Assembly (NCBI GenBank): GCA_000320545.1
Contig: ADNK01001148.1
Span: forward strand, 1 to 64,000
Direction: 5' to 3'
Length of the DNA stretch: 64,000 bases
Source of the DNA: Bigelowiella natans CCMP2755
Taxonomy: Eukaryota > Protista > Cercozoa
Position 1 is the first letter of the stretch. Each line of letters opens with the position of its first letter. Of this stretch, positions 12,575 through 26,945 are shown piece by piece. The notes beneath the pieces were generated by a model. That model made no database searches. It saw only the letters and a program-made list of their open reading frames with translations, and was not told the DNA's origin. The translations under genes were made by a program, and so were the position numbers.

Positions 12575-13655
12575 GCACCGTGTTTTTTTTTTTGAAGTAC
12601 AGGTTTATTGTTATTGAAAATATCGATCGACTATCAGTATTGACCATGCCGTAGCAGATCAAAAAATCCATCTGCCATTTACCGACAACGTCTGAATTCG
12701 AATGATACGATTTTAGAATTGGTAGTGCATAGTGCATTTTATCACGAGATACTGTTTGAGCGACTTGACCGATAGATCTGTCGGCAATGCTGTTAAAAAT
12801 GCACAAAGAGCGTTTCTTTCGGTACAGAACAAGTCATATTACGAATCAGGTTCACATGCATGGAGGCTGCGAGGGGCATGGATTGCGTTGGAATTCTATT
12901 AGTGGACACACAAATGTCTATCTCCTCCCCCGGTTTGGTACAATTGCTGAAAGTGCTCCGCGCACGTGGAATAAAGTACTATATCTTCGCGCTCTCAAGG
13001 TCTCTCTTGTTCGACGTGCGTATTTTGGCGGGAAGAGGGGGTGGCTGAGCATTATGCATCCTTCCGATGCGTTTTGTTGTCGGTGTCTTTGCGAGCATTA
13101 TATTATCTTGTCTGATTCTGCTGTTTTTTGGTCGAATCAAGGTGCACTCCTTCTATGATTGGCAATTTTCTCTCCATAGAAGCATTTGTGCTCGTTGGCT
13201 GTCCTCTAAGAACAGGTTCGCACACACACACACACACACACACATGCACATACACACATGCACATACACACACAAATAAGACCGATCGATAGAACGTGCT
13301 CATGTGGTTGTCTGTCTGTCTGTGTATGTGTGTGTATGTCTGATCTTATCAATATTTCGATTTCTCTGCCATCTGATATCTCGACACGTACACAGCATGG
13401 CTTATCAGCAGACGTGAGTTCCATGCACCGTTTCTCTCCCCGTATGAAATGCTCATAGTATTGTCTTCGAGGCCGGGGTCGCAGGACGATGACAGCGATG
13501 GGGCTTGTGGTGATGATACTAGGATGTCCAACGAAACCAATGCCACCCCAGAAGCGGCTGCAGATAACGAATGGCTTGTGCGGCGAGATAAATGCTGGAA
13601 CCTAGACGATGATGTGGACTCCTGGGGCCGATTCACTCATGCTTGCGCATTGTGA
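9120..13655 (+). CDS. DPH2: Diphthamide biosynthesis protein 2 (DPH1/DPH2 family) with a bipartite N-terminal leader (multi-exon)
   Basis: Exons in family order: LAVQMPPE|MLSQA; GGSCCLNDMAIAKTQPDIVLHLGT (cf. YGSCCVDEVAA..D..VHYG); EAARGMDCVGILL...LRARGIKYYIFALS; CTPSMIGNFLSIEAFVLVGCPL (cf. PTPAKLANFPEVDVFVLLACP); FHAPFLSPYEMLIVL. An acidic tail runs to the stop at 13655. Confidence 0.85.
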
Positions 13656-14337
13656 AGAACGTTCAATGTTCAATGTTGATTGGATCATCAAAAACGCAGT
13701 TTCCTCCATCGCTGCAAGATGACAGCAAATGCGTACCAGTTGTCAACAATGACACACAAGTGAGCATGTGGCTACATCATGCAGACATGTGCTTGCCTGG
13801 CCATGCGATGAAAGTGGGTTCGGCGTGCATGCCATGATTGCAAATCTGCCCTAAGAAGCGAAATGCTAAAATGCTGGCATCACAAGCGACAGCGCGCCAG
13901 AACTACATGTACCCCAAAGACATGCATTTTTTTACCAAACCAAAAACCTTGTCGCACATTGCCAAGCGCAGTCGTTTCATCAAACGTCAAAATATGATGG
14001 ATGATGTAAGCAATTTTTACCCCAAGTTTGTTGTCGCTTCCATCGAATGCCAATGGATTTCACATTACGAAGAAGTAGTCGTTCGGTAGTCACATGCGTG
14101 CCCTCTTCCCTTGGTTTTTTTTCGAATGTTTTCTGTATTTTCTGATGAAAATCGCCTGCAATTTTATTTTTTCTACAGCAGATTCAGAATTCCGAAACCA
14201 CGGCCCAGTCCCACAGCTCCATTCGATTAACACTCTTGAATCTTAGGTAGTCACAGCTGATTCATTGCTTCATCCCCCCCCTCCCCCCCTTACCGATCGC
14301 ATGCTAATGCAAGCTGTCGATGGGTTCTTATATCTCA

Positions 14338-15171
14338 TTATTTCACAAGCAAGAGAGAAACAAGCACGGTTTGGAGTAGACCTTCACCTGGATATATCGC
14401 CCGTATTGCTGCCCAAAAATGAGTGCCGAGGAGTCGTTGTTCCCCTTCCCCTCCGATCCGCGGCTTGAAGGACAGAAATGGACGGCATTTGCTTGTATAT
14501 TTGCCGTCATCGCCACGCTTCAGTAAATAATATAGGAGGAGGATACGCATCGTATATTTCATCATCAACCCTAGTTTTCATTCTATCACTCTTCCAGCAA
14601 CCTAATATCGTATAGCACGGCGTACGATTATTCTTTTCGCTGCAACACACTACAAATCCCATGAAGACACTCCTCATGCATCCAAACACCTCAGGTATTT
14701 CTTCATCCTCTACACGCTCTTTGCCTGTCCAAAGTGCGCTCTCTGGCGAGCCGTTTCAAGTATCATTCCTACACAACACAACTCTTCCAATAGGAAAGGA
14801 GGCATTTAAATCCAACCACAGCGCCCTCGTGCCACAAAACCCGCATTCCAGTCGATTAAAACTGTATCTGATGACACCAAATAATGCACACTCGCAGGCA
14901 CTTGCATCCTTCTTGGAAGTCTGTCCCGAGCAATATTCTATATTGCAGTTCCATTTTACGCGCGGAAACTTTTGCCGGCAGCGGTAGTAGGCGTTCTCTA
15001 CGGTGTTTCCTATCCCATGGTCAATGGAGCTGTCTCTGGCGTCGTCCTTGCTATGGCCGAACAGCTGCGAGATCTTCACGTGTTTCAGAAGAAAGTATAT
15101 CTTCTAAATAGTAAAAGGGTTATAGATTATTCCGAAATATGATGCAACCATCCTACGCTAACAAACCATCA

Positions 15172-15217
<46 letters not shown>

Positions 15218-15222
15218 AACAC

Positions 15223-15256
<34 letters not shown>

Positions 15257-15589
15257 GTAGAAAGAGCACCATCGACACTCGTACACGGTTTGTCTATGTC
15301 CAAAGGAAAAGCTCGCGGAACAGCTCTCTGGCCTGCTGCCGACGCTTCGTGCATTCATTGCCGTGGCTGGAATACTCAATATTCTCCTGCAAGCTACTAC
15401 AGATACTCTGCGTACACTAGGGAATGGTGGAAAGGGCCTTTTGGTCTCTCGGGTAAAGCGTTGAAGCAAATCAAATTTATTTACTTCTAATGTTCCTGCC
15501 TTCTGCACCTGCTCATCATCGCTAGATCTACTATTTGGTGTACGGGGCATTTCTTCTCCTTGGCTTGTTCTCTCTCTTAGTGGAGGCAT
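14338..15589 (-). CDS. Hypothetical spliced protein
   Basis: Non-repetitive coding-like segments (ORFs 15158-15589, 14756-15079, 14338-14568) are interrupted by a microsatellite intron and lie divergent from the next gene. No motif recognised. Confidence 0.3.
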
Positions 15590-15845
15590 CCAGAGATTAC
15601 TCTATGAAGAAGGTGACTACGTGAATGGAGGGGGGAAGACGTGTGCGTCGATCATCACGTGCGACAGACATTTCTCGGCCAAATTATCAACAAAATGAAG
15701 GCCCTCTATAGTATCTCAGATCACAGTCAGTAATTATACGAAGAACGCTCTTACAAAACCAACATCAAAGACAATCCATCCAATTCAGCCGAGATCTGGT
15801 CGGAGGAAAAAAACCATCAATAATATGTTCCTCCTCCCCGCCAAT

Positions 15846-16462
15846 ATGAACCGTAGCGAGTTCTCCAACCTAATATATATATTGACGGTATTTGTTTTGC
15901 ATCTTTCCAGCACGCAATGCTGCTGTTTGATAAGCTTTGGCTCATCGCCTAATCCATGGTGACTTTTCTCCTAGATGAAAGGGACGCTGGACGAAATGAG
16001 GCGCATTTCGCTGAGCATTGCCGTTCTCTACACGCTTTTACTCACTTACGAGTCGGTCTTTCTAGCTGCCTACGAGTACATATTCAAGGACGGCGACGAT
16101 GATTGGTACTTTGCAGCCTTACTCATCCAACAGGTGATACTGAATGCAAACTAGCTTTCCTCATCGTTCGTTGAGCATGGATGTGTGTCGCAGGTATTGT
16201 ATTGCCTGCTGTTTCTCACTCTCTCGATCATTGTCTACCGCGCGGCGATACGTCACCGAAAGAAAAGGCAAGATGTCAAGAGGGACGATATAAACGTCGT
16301 AGAGAACAAGGTCATTATCATCTACACCAAATGGAAAATGTGGATTTTACTGCACCCTGCCTATAATGCTGAGAGTGTCAGTCCTTCAATAACCACTTGT
16401 TGCATCATTGAAAAGAGACTGCATCTATGCTAAACACAGTGATATGCAGAAAATAAACCACA

Positions 16463-16503
<41 letters not shown>

Positions 16504-16994
16504 TAGGCCCCCTTCTCCCGGCGGCTGAGGTCTATTCTCTACGGCTCTGAGAGGAAAAGACAACAGAAAGCGGCAACTACCAATAGGCTGTACACATCGA
16601 CCCATTCAATGCAGGTGAAGGTCTCTACACCGTGCATCTTCCACTTCACTCGCAGCCCCGCAGCGAGTGACAAAAAATCCAAACGAGTCCTTGATCAGGA
16701 AATAAGTGCAATAGTTGGGCACACACAGGCGAGATCGAATAAGCCATGCAGAACGTGTTTCTGCCCTCTCCTTCTTACCGACGCACTCTGACTGGTCTAT
16801 AACGATTAACCAAAAGGTCATTAAAGAAACCACGGAGTTGCCGTCAATGAAGGGCATCGATGGAGGGGATAGAGCCGAGTGGGGAAGAAGTTCTAGCCGC
16901 AACTTGTCCGCACAGCGCATCAGTCGCCGTGAGCGAGGCTCTCTGCCAGCAGCAATGCTTGAGGATTTGAAGGTCAATGAGAGTACCGACGATA

Positions 16995-17029
<35 letters not shown>

Positions 17030-17560
17030 CATAAGACAAAGTGCATAGCAGACAAACTATTTTACGGGTATAGCACTCGAAACACGGCATTGGGGGATCG
17101 GTTCCGTTTTTATTAAAATTAAAAAAAAAAAGAGGGAAGAAAGGATGAAGCCCGTGCACATTTCATGATGATTTTATGGCGACACTTCTCCATGCATCTT
17201 GACGGCAGCAAACTCCCCAAGAAATGGATATGTACGAGTGATAGAAGTGACTCGTGTCTTGCGCTTGAAACTCGAAACGAATAATACAGAACATGGAGAC
17301 AAAGCTGGAACTGCCGGATGAAAAGGGGCTGAAAAGGGCTTCGATAGCAGAGAGTGAGGTGCCGCGCCAAACCTCCATTTCGATACAAAACATCAACAAC
17401 ACGCTTGAACACTTTGGACCCTACTACGGGCAGGTAATGGGAGACTTCCAACAAGTGTTTGTTTTCGCTATATTTATGCATAGTGAAAGATAGAGCGGAA
17501 ATAGCTGCTTCTCCCACGAGCAGTGTCCGTGCCATTCGAAGTGGGAGTGGGGGGGGGGGT
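15846..17560 (+). CDS. Hypothetical membrane protein (at least 2 TM helices, long polar tail; ends uncertain)
   Basis: Exons RISLSIAVLYTLLLTYESVFLAAY...WYFAALLIQQ|VLYCLLFLTLSIIVYRAAIRHRKKR are joined by GT..AG, followed by Ser/Arg-rich exons. Confidence 0.45.
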
Positions 17561-17680
17561 GGCACTGAATTGATTTCCAAATACGCGATAGGAATGCCTT
17601 CGAATTAGAAGCAATTCCAATCTCACTTCTTCATTTGAATGTAGATGTTTTGCCAAGTCATGATGATGTTTGCATGCGCT

Positions 17681-17714
<34 letters not shown>

Positions 17715-19130
17715 TATGTGTACACTACACCTCACAGGGCCCTGACGGAGTGAATACGCTAAATCATCGACCAGCGCGGCAGAAAAGACACGGTATTGGC
17801 AGCGATAGCAAGATAGTAAGATGTAGTAGTAGTAATCATTGCTTTAGAAGAGCTTATCAGCATATGCATTAGCAAAGATCACCATGCGGCTCCTAATATT
17901 AACCACGAATGGAGTTTATAGGTGCTGTAGAGTTTATGCGCGTATATTGTCTATGTTGTATGCCCTCTGATGTTATAGGCTCGATTCTCAACCGAGATAC
18001 AGATGTGCTCTTCTCCCCTGCAAGGAAAAAGCACTTAGCGGTGGGTAGTGTAGCGTACATGGAAAATAGGCAAAGGAAGCAAGGAAGGAAGCAGAGGTGT
18101 TAAGGGTGCATTGCAAAGTCTCCAAAATTTTAGACTTAGATGCAGGGAAGCTCGAGGACAGTATTTATACACGCACGTACATACACACACGCACTGCTAC
18201 ACTTAATTATGAATAAATTCGTATCTTACGAAATCCTCTTATTTCATATTACTACTCTTCCCTCCCTCCCCTCTTGTCCCTCTTCACCCCCCGCACCTTT
18301 CCCCCCCCTTCCCTTCTTTTCTCGTTTTTGCGCGCGCATATAATCATACGAACGTGGTATAAAGGTACCAGCAATATCGACGGGAAATTTGTCGGGTGCA
18401 TCTTCGGACAGTTCTCAACAGAATATGCAACACGATGAAGATAATGGAACAGCAAGAATTAGAAGCATGAGTCCTGATTCTACGGCAGCGGACTAATGAC
18501 AGAAAATTAGCGCAGAAGTATCTAAATTGTATTAGTCATTCGAGTCAAACCCAAGTACGTGACTAGTTTATAGTACACTTTTCGCGAGTATTGCATGGAC
18601 GCACAACATCATGAATTGCAAAGGCTTAATTGCATAGAACAAACTAAATTCTACAAACTACTCGCTACACGACCAACGAAAACTCTGTAGGGCTGATCAG
18701 AACAGTGATAGTACCGGCTTTTGCTTCAAACATCTGTTGATAGCGCGGCGCGTGCTAGCGTGCCTTAGCGCCATGTGTAAAGCGCGAATTCGTAGTATGT
18801 GTGTGTCGTGGAAAACCGATCTTCGTGCAGAGCATTTATGTCTAGCTACTGGCGCATAGTTACGTGTGGGATAAGAACTCATCGTAATAACACACAAAAA
18901 CAACGTTGAGACCACGAATTAATAGCAGTTTGTTGCGAACACTAAGACATGCTCCTTGTGCGCGAGCAAGCATGCTAGCATGGGCATATTGCAATGCGTG
19001 CAAGCAACCTTGCGCGACCATTATGTGATGCACACATCACGCTGCAAATGCAAACTTTACTGGGTGGGACTCGTGGTGTAATGAGAAACTATTAACACTA
19101 GCTGCCACCGTTGCTGTCATTTTGCTGTAC

Positions 19131-19169
<39 letters not shown>

Positions 19170-19437
19170 AAGTCCTTGCCGTTACTACTACCCTCCTTTA
19201 CGTTGATAACCTGTTAATCATTTAGGCATGGACGAATAAGATATTGGATGGCTAATGCTATATAGAGTGCTTGTTCGCAAACGCACAGAGATAGTGGAAA
19301 TTTCATTACCCCTTACTTTCTGCCCCCCAAACCCCCCTCTTACAAATATCACTACATGCTAGCATGTATGTGTGAGAGGGCAAAAAAAAGAAGATAAGTC
19401 AAACACGTTTTGAAATCGCAGGTCTGCGTCTATGTAC

Positions 19438-19469
<32 letters not shown>

Positions 19470-19470
19470 C

Positions 19471-19542
<72 letters not shown>

Positions 19543-19568
19543 CGCAACATAAACATGCATTTATATAC

Positions 19569-20561
19569 CTGGTAAATCGGAATCCTCTCCTCATATTTCC
19601 GCGCATCACCGTATCTGCAGTTCGTTTCGAAAAAAGGAACACAAACACGAATACGCTCATCATGTATTATTTCTTCATGAATAGGGCATATACAGATCTT
19701 ATTAACATGCGGTGGTGATGCCATAGAGCTTCACACGAGCGCCTTTAACTACATTGCAAACGTTGAAACACCCGCTTTCTCCCCCCCCCCCCCCGCCCCC
19801 GCCTCTCTCTAATGTCACCTACACGATTGTTTCATCGTGTTGCGACGCACGTGAGGAGAGGCATTTATATAATTATAGAGATACCTCACAAACCAGATGG
19901 TGTACCCTATGGCCGATAACAGAACGAAGAAGACGCTGAGAAGACACACACACAACGCACATAATATCAGCCCCACGTCAAACACCGCAAACCAAAGACA
20001 CACGTCCGAATGGAAAATGCAGGGGGGAAACGGGCAGTGCCTCATTGAGTCTCTCGCAGACAATGGCAAGCTGCAAGAAATTCGTGGGAAAGAAATGCTA
20101 GTGATTCTTGGCTACGACGCGCAGCTCTGATGGCGATGTCGCAGGGCCAAGATCCTCGCGGCACATGCGATCGTATTTGGTAGTATGTTCGGGTTTGAGT
20201 GATGATTGTGCTGCGATCTCTCTCTGACGACTGCCGACCTTGCGTAGCAGAGGATGTAGAATTGATTTGGCCGATGAAATATCAGTCCTAGCTGCGAGAT
20301 GCACGGTGGGTCGTATTAAGGAGAAAGGAAGATGAAGTAGCAATAACCGAGTTGGCTTTTTTTAGATAGACATTCCACGCTCGCGTACTACTACTGCTAC
20401 TACTACTACTACTACTACCATGTATATCACGACGGTGAAGAGATTTGTCAATGCCCTTTGCACACCCATGAATTGTCCTATTATTTCTTTCCCATCTATT
20501 CTTTCCGTTACGCGCTCCTTCGATGTGTATTAATAAAGACAGAAAACACACACACAGAGAG

Positions 20562-20599
<38 letters not shown>

Positions 20600-20702
20600 C
20601 AAACGACGATAATGAGCATGATATGTACCAGACAATCTCCTCTCCATTTTTACACAGAGGCACGCGCACGCATAAGACTTAGCATTATACCACACGCACA
20701 CA

Positions 20703-20737
<35 letters not shown>

Positions 20738-20822
20738 GGAGAGAGAGAGGGAGAGAGAGAAAGGTCTATTAATGAAGATGATATTGAAGCTCGTACGTGA
20801 AATACGCACACACACAAATATA

Positions 20823-20906
<84 letters not shown>

Positions 20907-21098
20907 CCGCTCCCCATTTGTATTTTAGATGGGTATGTTTGATGTTTTCCCTATTTGTGCGCGATTTCGTTTGTCCAACAACTACTACTATTACTACCAC
21001 TACTCCTACTATTTACTAAATGTTATTTCCTACCACTACAAGTTGATTCTCAGCCAAATCGAAGACCTGTTCACCAGTGCACATACATACATACACAC

Positions 21099-21142
<44 letters not shown>

Positions 21143-21212
21143 GCAATCGATATAAATGACAAATATACTACACTCGAGTAAAGCTTTATCTCATTACCAA
21201 TTTTGGATCATT

Positions 21213-21243
<31 letters not shown>

Positions 21244-21278
21244 CCCCCAGCATCATCATCACCCTCATCATTACCATT

Positions 21279-21309
<31 letters not shown>

Positions 21310-21529
21310 CCCATAGCCAAGTACGTCCTGTGACAACAAAGAACAGGATGAGATGTCCCGTCGCCATGGAGGGCAGTGTGAGCCAGTGATCCTCTCTGAG
21401 CAGGATGCAAATAGCGATGGGGGCTATGAAAGCAAACCTGAAGGTGATACCGCAGCGCGACAACAAACAAAATGGATTGATTATTTAAACCACAGTGCTG
21501 CCTACTACACAAAAATGATACTCTTACTT

Positions 21530-21567
<38 letters not shown>

Positions 21568-21690
21568 GCCATCATCATTATCACCATCATCATCATCATC
21601 ATCATAGTCATACTCAATCATCTTAACATTTGCTCACCGCCCACAACTATTTTCATCTTCTACCGGTTTATTTTCACCGCAAATGCTACC

Positions 21691-21729
<39 letters not shown>

Positions 21730-22098
21730 CTGCTACTCATGATGATGAAGTCATCCAAACTACTACTATCTAAGTCTGATCTCTGTCTGACCACATCCAA
21801 ACAGAAAGCATTCCAATCTGCTCAAGACTCATGAAGTGCTCTCTTGTGGCCTGCTCATCGCACACAGGATGCAGCAAACCAAGGAATCGTTCCCACACGT
21901 AGAAAGCAACAAAATGAATATACACGCATAGAAGTATTCAGACTGGTCTTCTTCGGTCACTGTGGAGACTGACCGTTCGTCTGTGCATAAGCGGGAATAG
22001 ATAAGTCCCCAACATGCCAAATATAGCACCCATCCCTGAGAAGCATTATCATGCAATAATCAAACAACGCACAATCTGCCCTTCACCGCCCCCCCCCT

Positions 22099-22150
<52 letters not shown>

Positions 22151-23267
22151 CTGTCTATAGGTGTGCTGTCATTCATTCATTCTCGCACTCTTTTTCCTTT
22201 TTCAAAAACAACAACTGGTCTCCGTTGCATGCATCGTCGTGAGCCTCCATGCTACCACCATCATAACGACAGTCAGTGCGCGACATGCAAGCATCTTACC
22301 AACGCTCATTCCTAGGAGGCCGTCCATAACGCCGATCCACTTGAGAAATGCAATCAGCAGCGAACCAGGAGAAAGCACTAAGAACAACAACAACAACAAC
22401 AAATGCCAAATACCCATCGCTCATATTTATCAATCGAGAGGAATCGCAGACTTGATTCAAAGGCTACGAGAAACATGAAATGAAGGGAGGAGGACAGACG
22501 TGTCAGATGGCTACTAGTGCTGCTTTCGGAAAGAGTTCTGGTCACTAGCCTACCCGTTGCATATAGCAAAGTGAAGGAAAAAGAGGCCAGAAACATCGGG
22601 TGCTTCACGTAGGTGTTCCACCCTAAGAAAAGGATGTGAGACGGTGATTTTACTCGTTTATTTGGACGAAGGAAATCAAAGCGAAATCGATTGAATTCTT
22701 CTCTACCCTGCGTGGATATAGGCTGCTTATGCAATGCGTGTTGTGGTCAGCGTGTATGTTGTGTGGCCAATATGTTCTGCTTCTATCGTGGTATTGTAAT
22801 ATATGCAAAATAACACTTCAAGACTGACCATTGAATAGCTCAACAAAGGCATTCTTACTTGCGTGTTTCTTCGCACTTTCGCTGGGAAATGATAAATCAA
22901 TACAACACATACTTATAAATACATGTATACACGCACACGCACACACACACACCCACACACACACCCACACATGCATACATAATACTATTGTGTTAAATGA
23001 TGTGTTGTGTGCGTTGGTCTGCATATGCACTCGACGAATGACAACCTACTGCACTTCGCAGACGCCAGCCTCGGAGTTGCCTGGTACACAAGAAGCACGC
23101 ACACACACTCGGGCCTACACGTTACGACAATCAGAATAGTTTGAGAACGTCTCCATCCTAATAACATTGATGTCGTAAACACGCACACGCACACACGCGC
23201 GCGCGCGCTCACGCTCACGCGCGCTATGTAGTATGCGTGTGTGGGTAAATATCGCGTGCGAGTAGAA

Positions 23268-23307
<40 letters not shown>

Positions 23308-23387
23308 AAAACTGTGAGGATGTTATATCCGATGACGATGCCGCAGCCCCATCGAATACGGGTCTGTGGACATAAAATGAGGACAGA

Positions 23388-23431
<44 letters not shown>

Positions 23432-23650
23432 TCTATGTAGTCGTAGCTGCGATGTTTTTTACAAGGCAGCACGAGTGTTGCGTGTGTTGTCGGTTGTAAT
23501 CAAGAACATTCTTCTATCGGGCACAAAATACCTCACTGTCTCCTCCCAGAAACCTTTGCACGTTCGCATGGATCGGCACATAATTTGCGTATTATATTTG
23601 TGATTTGTACGGTACATACTACAAACATATGTATATGCGTGTGTACTCAT

Positions 23651-23732
<82 letters not shown>

Positions 23733-24706
23733 AGAAAGCAAACAGAGAGAACGTCTATAAAACCCTATAACCCTCTACTAACACGGCATTATTACTGGAG
23801 AAAAAGAGCAAATGCTGTAGGCCCAAGAAACTTGCAAGATAGGTCGATCATTCGAAGCCGTGAGCTCAACGTAGCAAGGGCGTGTGGCTCTTTTTCGGTC
23901 ATGATTGGAACCCAGTCCTTCTCCAACGCAATTGTGCCTTTTTCCCAAAAAAAAAGGCGAGTTTTGCAAATGCCACGGCAGTAGTAGTAGTAGTAGTAGT
24001 AGTAGGAGTAGCAGCAGCAGCCTTCTTCCTCCTCCCTCTTCCGATCTACGCATGCTAAACCCGGCCCCATAATAATACCTACATTCACCATGAGCTGGCC
24101 TGGAACGCAAACTGCCAAGATCCCATAGAACATCATCCTTTCATATAAAAATCAGTTTGTCGCAGACAAGAATTGCATCACCGACCTCTCACGACGTCTC
24201 TGTTGGCGGGCATTAACACAGCCGGAGTAGTGATATAAGTGCTTTCTAGTTGAATGTATCGATTTTTTATGGAACTGCGATTCTACTAGCAAACTGACCA
24301 GAGGAGATCATCGTTGTCTTCGACATATGTAGTGCAATAGAGTAGGCCGCAAGACACGAATACAGCGACGTTATCTCCGAATATAGTCAGCATCATCAGG
24401 CTCTGCGAACAAGAATACGCACGCACGGGCTCAGGCGGAATACGAAGAGTCATTTTATATTAATAGGATGATTCGGTGTGCGTGTGTATATCTCTAGGCT
24501 GGGGCAGAAACCATCGATAAATTTGTCAGAAGTATTGATCAAATTTGGATTTGCCTGACGTTCTATCATCACCAATTAACAGTAATTCCAATAAAGATAT
24601 TCACACCAATCTTGGCGCCGTGTCAACGTATGATCCTGATAAAGATACAGGTTTTCGTCACTCATTTAGCAATGACTAGGCTATATACTTCATATGCAAT
24701 TCGAAT

Positions 24707-24746
<40 letters not shown>

Positions 24747-24753
24747 GTATATA

Positions 24754-24793
<40 letters not shown>

Positions 24794-25452
24794 CAAACAT
24801 ATTCATTTATTACCGCAAATAGGCATTAAGAGAAAGGTTGCAAGGTTGATAATAAACGTATAAAGAATGGTGGGCAGGAGGGAATCAGCCCACACGTCCA
24901 AGAATAATATTGGAATTGCAAATTGCCACATCCTAAGAGATCGAAACATGACACGAAAGCCAGTGTTTGTAGTATTCATCACAGATCCATGATAGTCGGA
25001 AAATTAATGGTGTACGAGGAACAATGTTTAATCGTAGCATGTGTTCTAAATAGTGTCGCAGAGAAATGCCGAGCAGCAGTTTCACCTCCCGTTACACTCG
25101 ACGTTATGTGATAGTAGCTGGCGTTAATACACGAGCTATCGACGCTATAGCAAGGGCAAAGCATAAAAGGAAAAAGAAGATTCTTTCTCACCGATCTCCA
25201 AAAGCTGAAATAAATTCAGTCGCATAGATATAATAGGAAAGAGCTCCGATTTCAGTCTTCGGCCCCCCGTCCTCGCCTTGACTCTATCGTCAAACACACA
25301 CTCACTCGCCAATCGCTTCAAAGGGGATGGGTGTGATAAGCTATTCTTTCACGAAAACAAAAGTGCATAACTAAGGCATTTATATCTTCGCGAGTTCGCG
25401 CTTGAAAGAAAACAGTCATCTGCATGAGCGCTGGAACCTTATGGTCCTCCAT
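19569..25452 (-). CDS. SLC40A1: Ferroportin (SLC40/IREG) iron exporter, >12 exons; terminal exons uncertain
   Basis: Exons in order: EFISAFGDR|MWQFAIPILF (cf. STWGDRMWHFAV); GSYVD..PRL; TIALEKDWV...RLRMIDLSCKFLGP (cf. IQRDW..IRRID); LLVYQATPRLA; GWNTYVKHPMFLASFSFTLLYAT|VL (cf. GW..Y..QPVFLA...LYMTVL); GRTWLW|VFDLAENQL; GQFMGVQ; RPNQFYIL. Confidence 0.93.
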
Positions 25453-26945
25453 TGTCTACGTGTACGAAGCTTCGTCGATGCAGCTTTCAGAACTGAAGGT
25501 TATCAGATTTTGTCTCAAATTTCATAATTTGACTTGTATTTTGCAGCTGCGACATCCTTGATATCGGGTAATTTTGAGAAATCCCACATTTAGTCCAACA
25601 GCTCTCTCCATCTCCCTCTCATGGCATGTCGGCCTGAGGCCTTTTTAAAGTGTGCGACAACACAAATTACTTCGAAAAACACTTTATTCCCCGACAAAAT
25701 CGAAGAGACGCGTGAATTTTTGAATTTTTGAAATTTCAGGACACATGGTGGAATGGATGTGCTTTCGTAAATCGTAATCCTGGCGATCCCCATTGTGTTC
25801 GGTTGGAATGGAGGGGGGAGCAGGTACAGGGGAGAAGGGAATTGACTAGAGGCGAGAAAGACAAAAATATTTGATCGACGGACAGACAAAGCGGGTAATG
25901 CAATATTGTGAACATGCTACCCACCATTCTGTCAAATGATTGTGAAGAAGCCTTCTTCTTCATTATCTTCTTCTTCTTCTTCTTCTTCTTCTTCTTCTTC
26001 CTCCTCCTCCTCCTCCTCCTCCATGCAAGCATCACCATTGACTACCACTCCGCTGTTGCTTTTTGTCATGGTTCTTTCTTTTTACGTGCGCCAATCCCGA
26101 TTAAAAGCCATGTGAATGTGTGTGTGTGTGGACACGTAAATACTTCTTGTTCTTCTCGCGCACATGTCTCGACACATGAATACACGTACAGTCAAGCAAG
26201 GCCTTGTGACCAACCGGCATAATGCCACTGGCCTGCATGCATGATCGAACGACATGCAGGACCGATATGACGACACATGTATCGTATGCCTTCATGCAGC
26301 ATCTTTTAGCAGTGTTATGCATAGCAGAGCATCGTACCTGCCCTGGGCTACAACTCTACTAGCTGCCACACACGACTATGTCGTATACCTGCTGATGCTG
26401 CGTGTGCGCGGTGACAGCATTTGCATTCGATTTATTTGCGTACGATGGAATGCTATGGCGACAGCTCGACAGATCCATTCATCAGACACGCATGCGTGCA
26501 TGGTTGTGCTTCGGTTGTGGAACCCCCTTTTTGCCTTTGAGCTCATTTGCGTGAGTTTGTCTCATTTCGCTGCTAGCGCAAGATCTGGCATTTCGCAGCT
26601 TCATCATCTACAATTCTCGCACATACATCAGATTTTCCGTCACATACATTGACTTATTCGCACGCGAATTCGCACAGTCTAGATGCGCCGATTCAGCAAT
26701 GATTCAACAATATTTACATGCCAGCAAAATGCAAGCGAAGGAAGGCTAGAAGGGGAACAAATCGTGTGCGGGACCGAGGAGTATTGATTTATTTAGGAAA
26801 GTATCCGCATGTAGATCAGTTGGATAGACAGGACTGTCAATTCTAGAACTCGAAACAAAGTGCGTTTTGAATTCTCAATTATTCCTTCCCGGCCTCTTGG
26901 GCGTCGATGCCCAACGACTATGGTCAAAACAAAGACGGCAATAGA

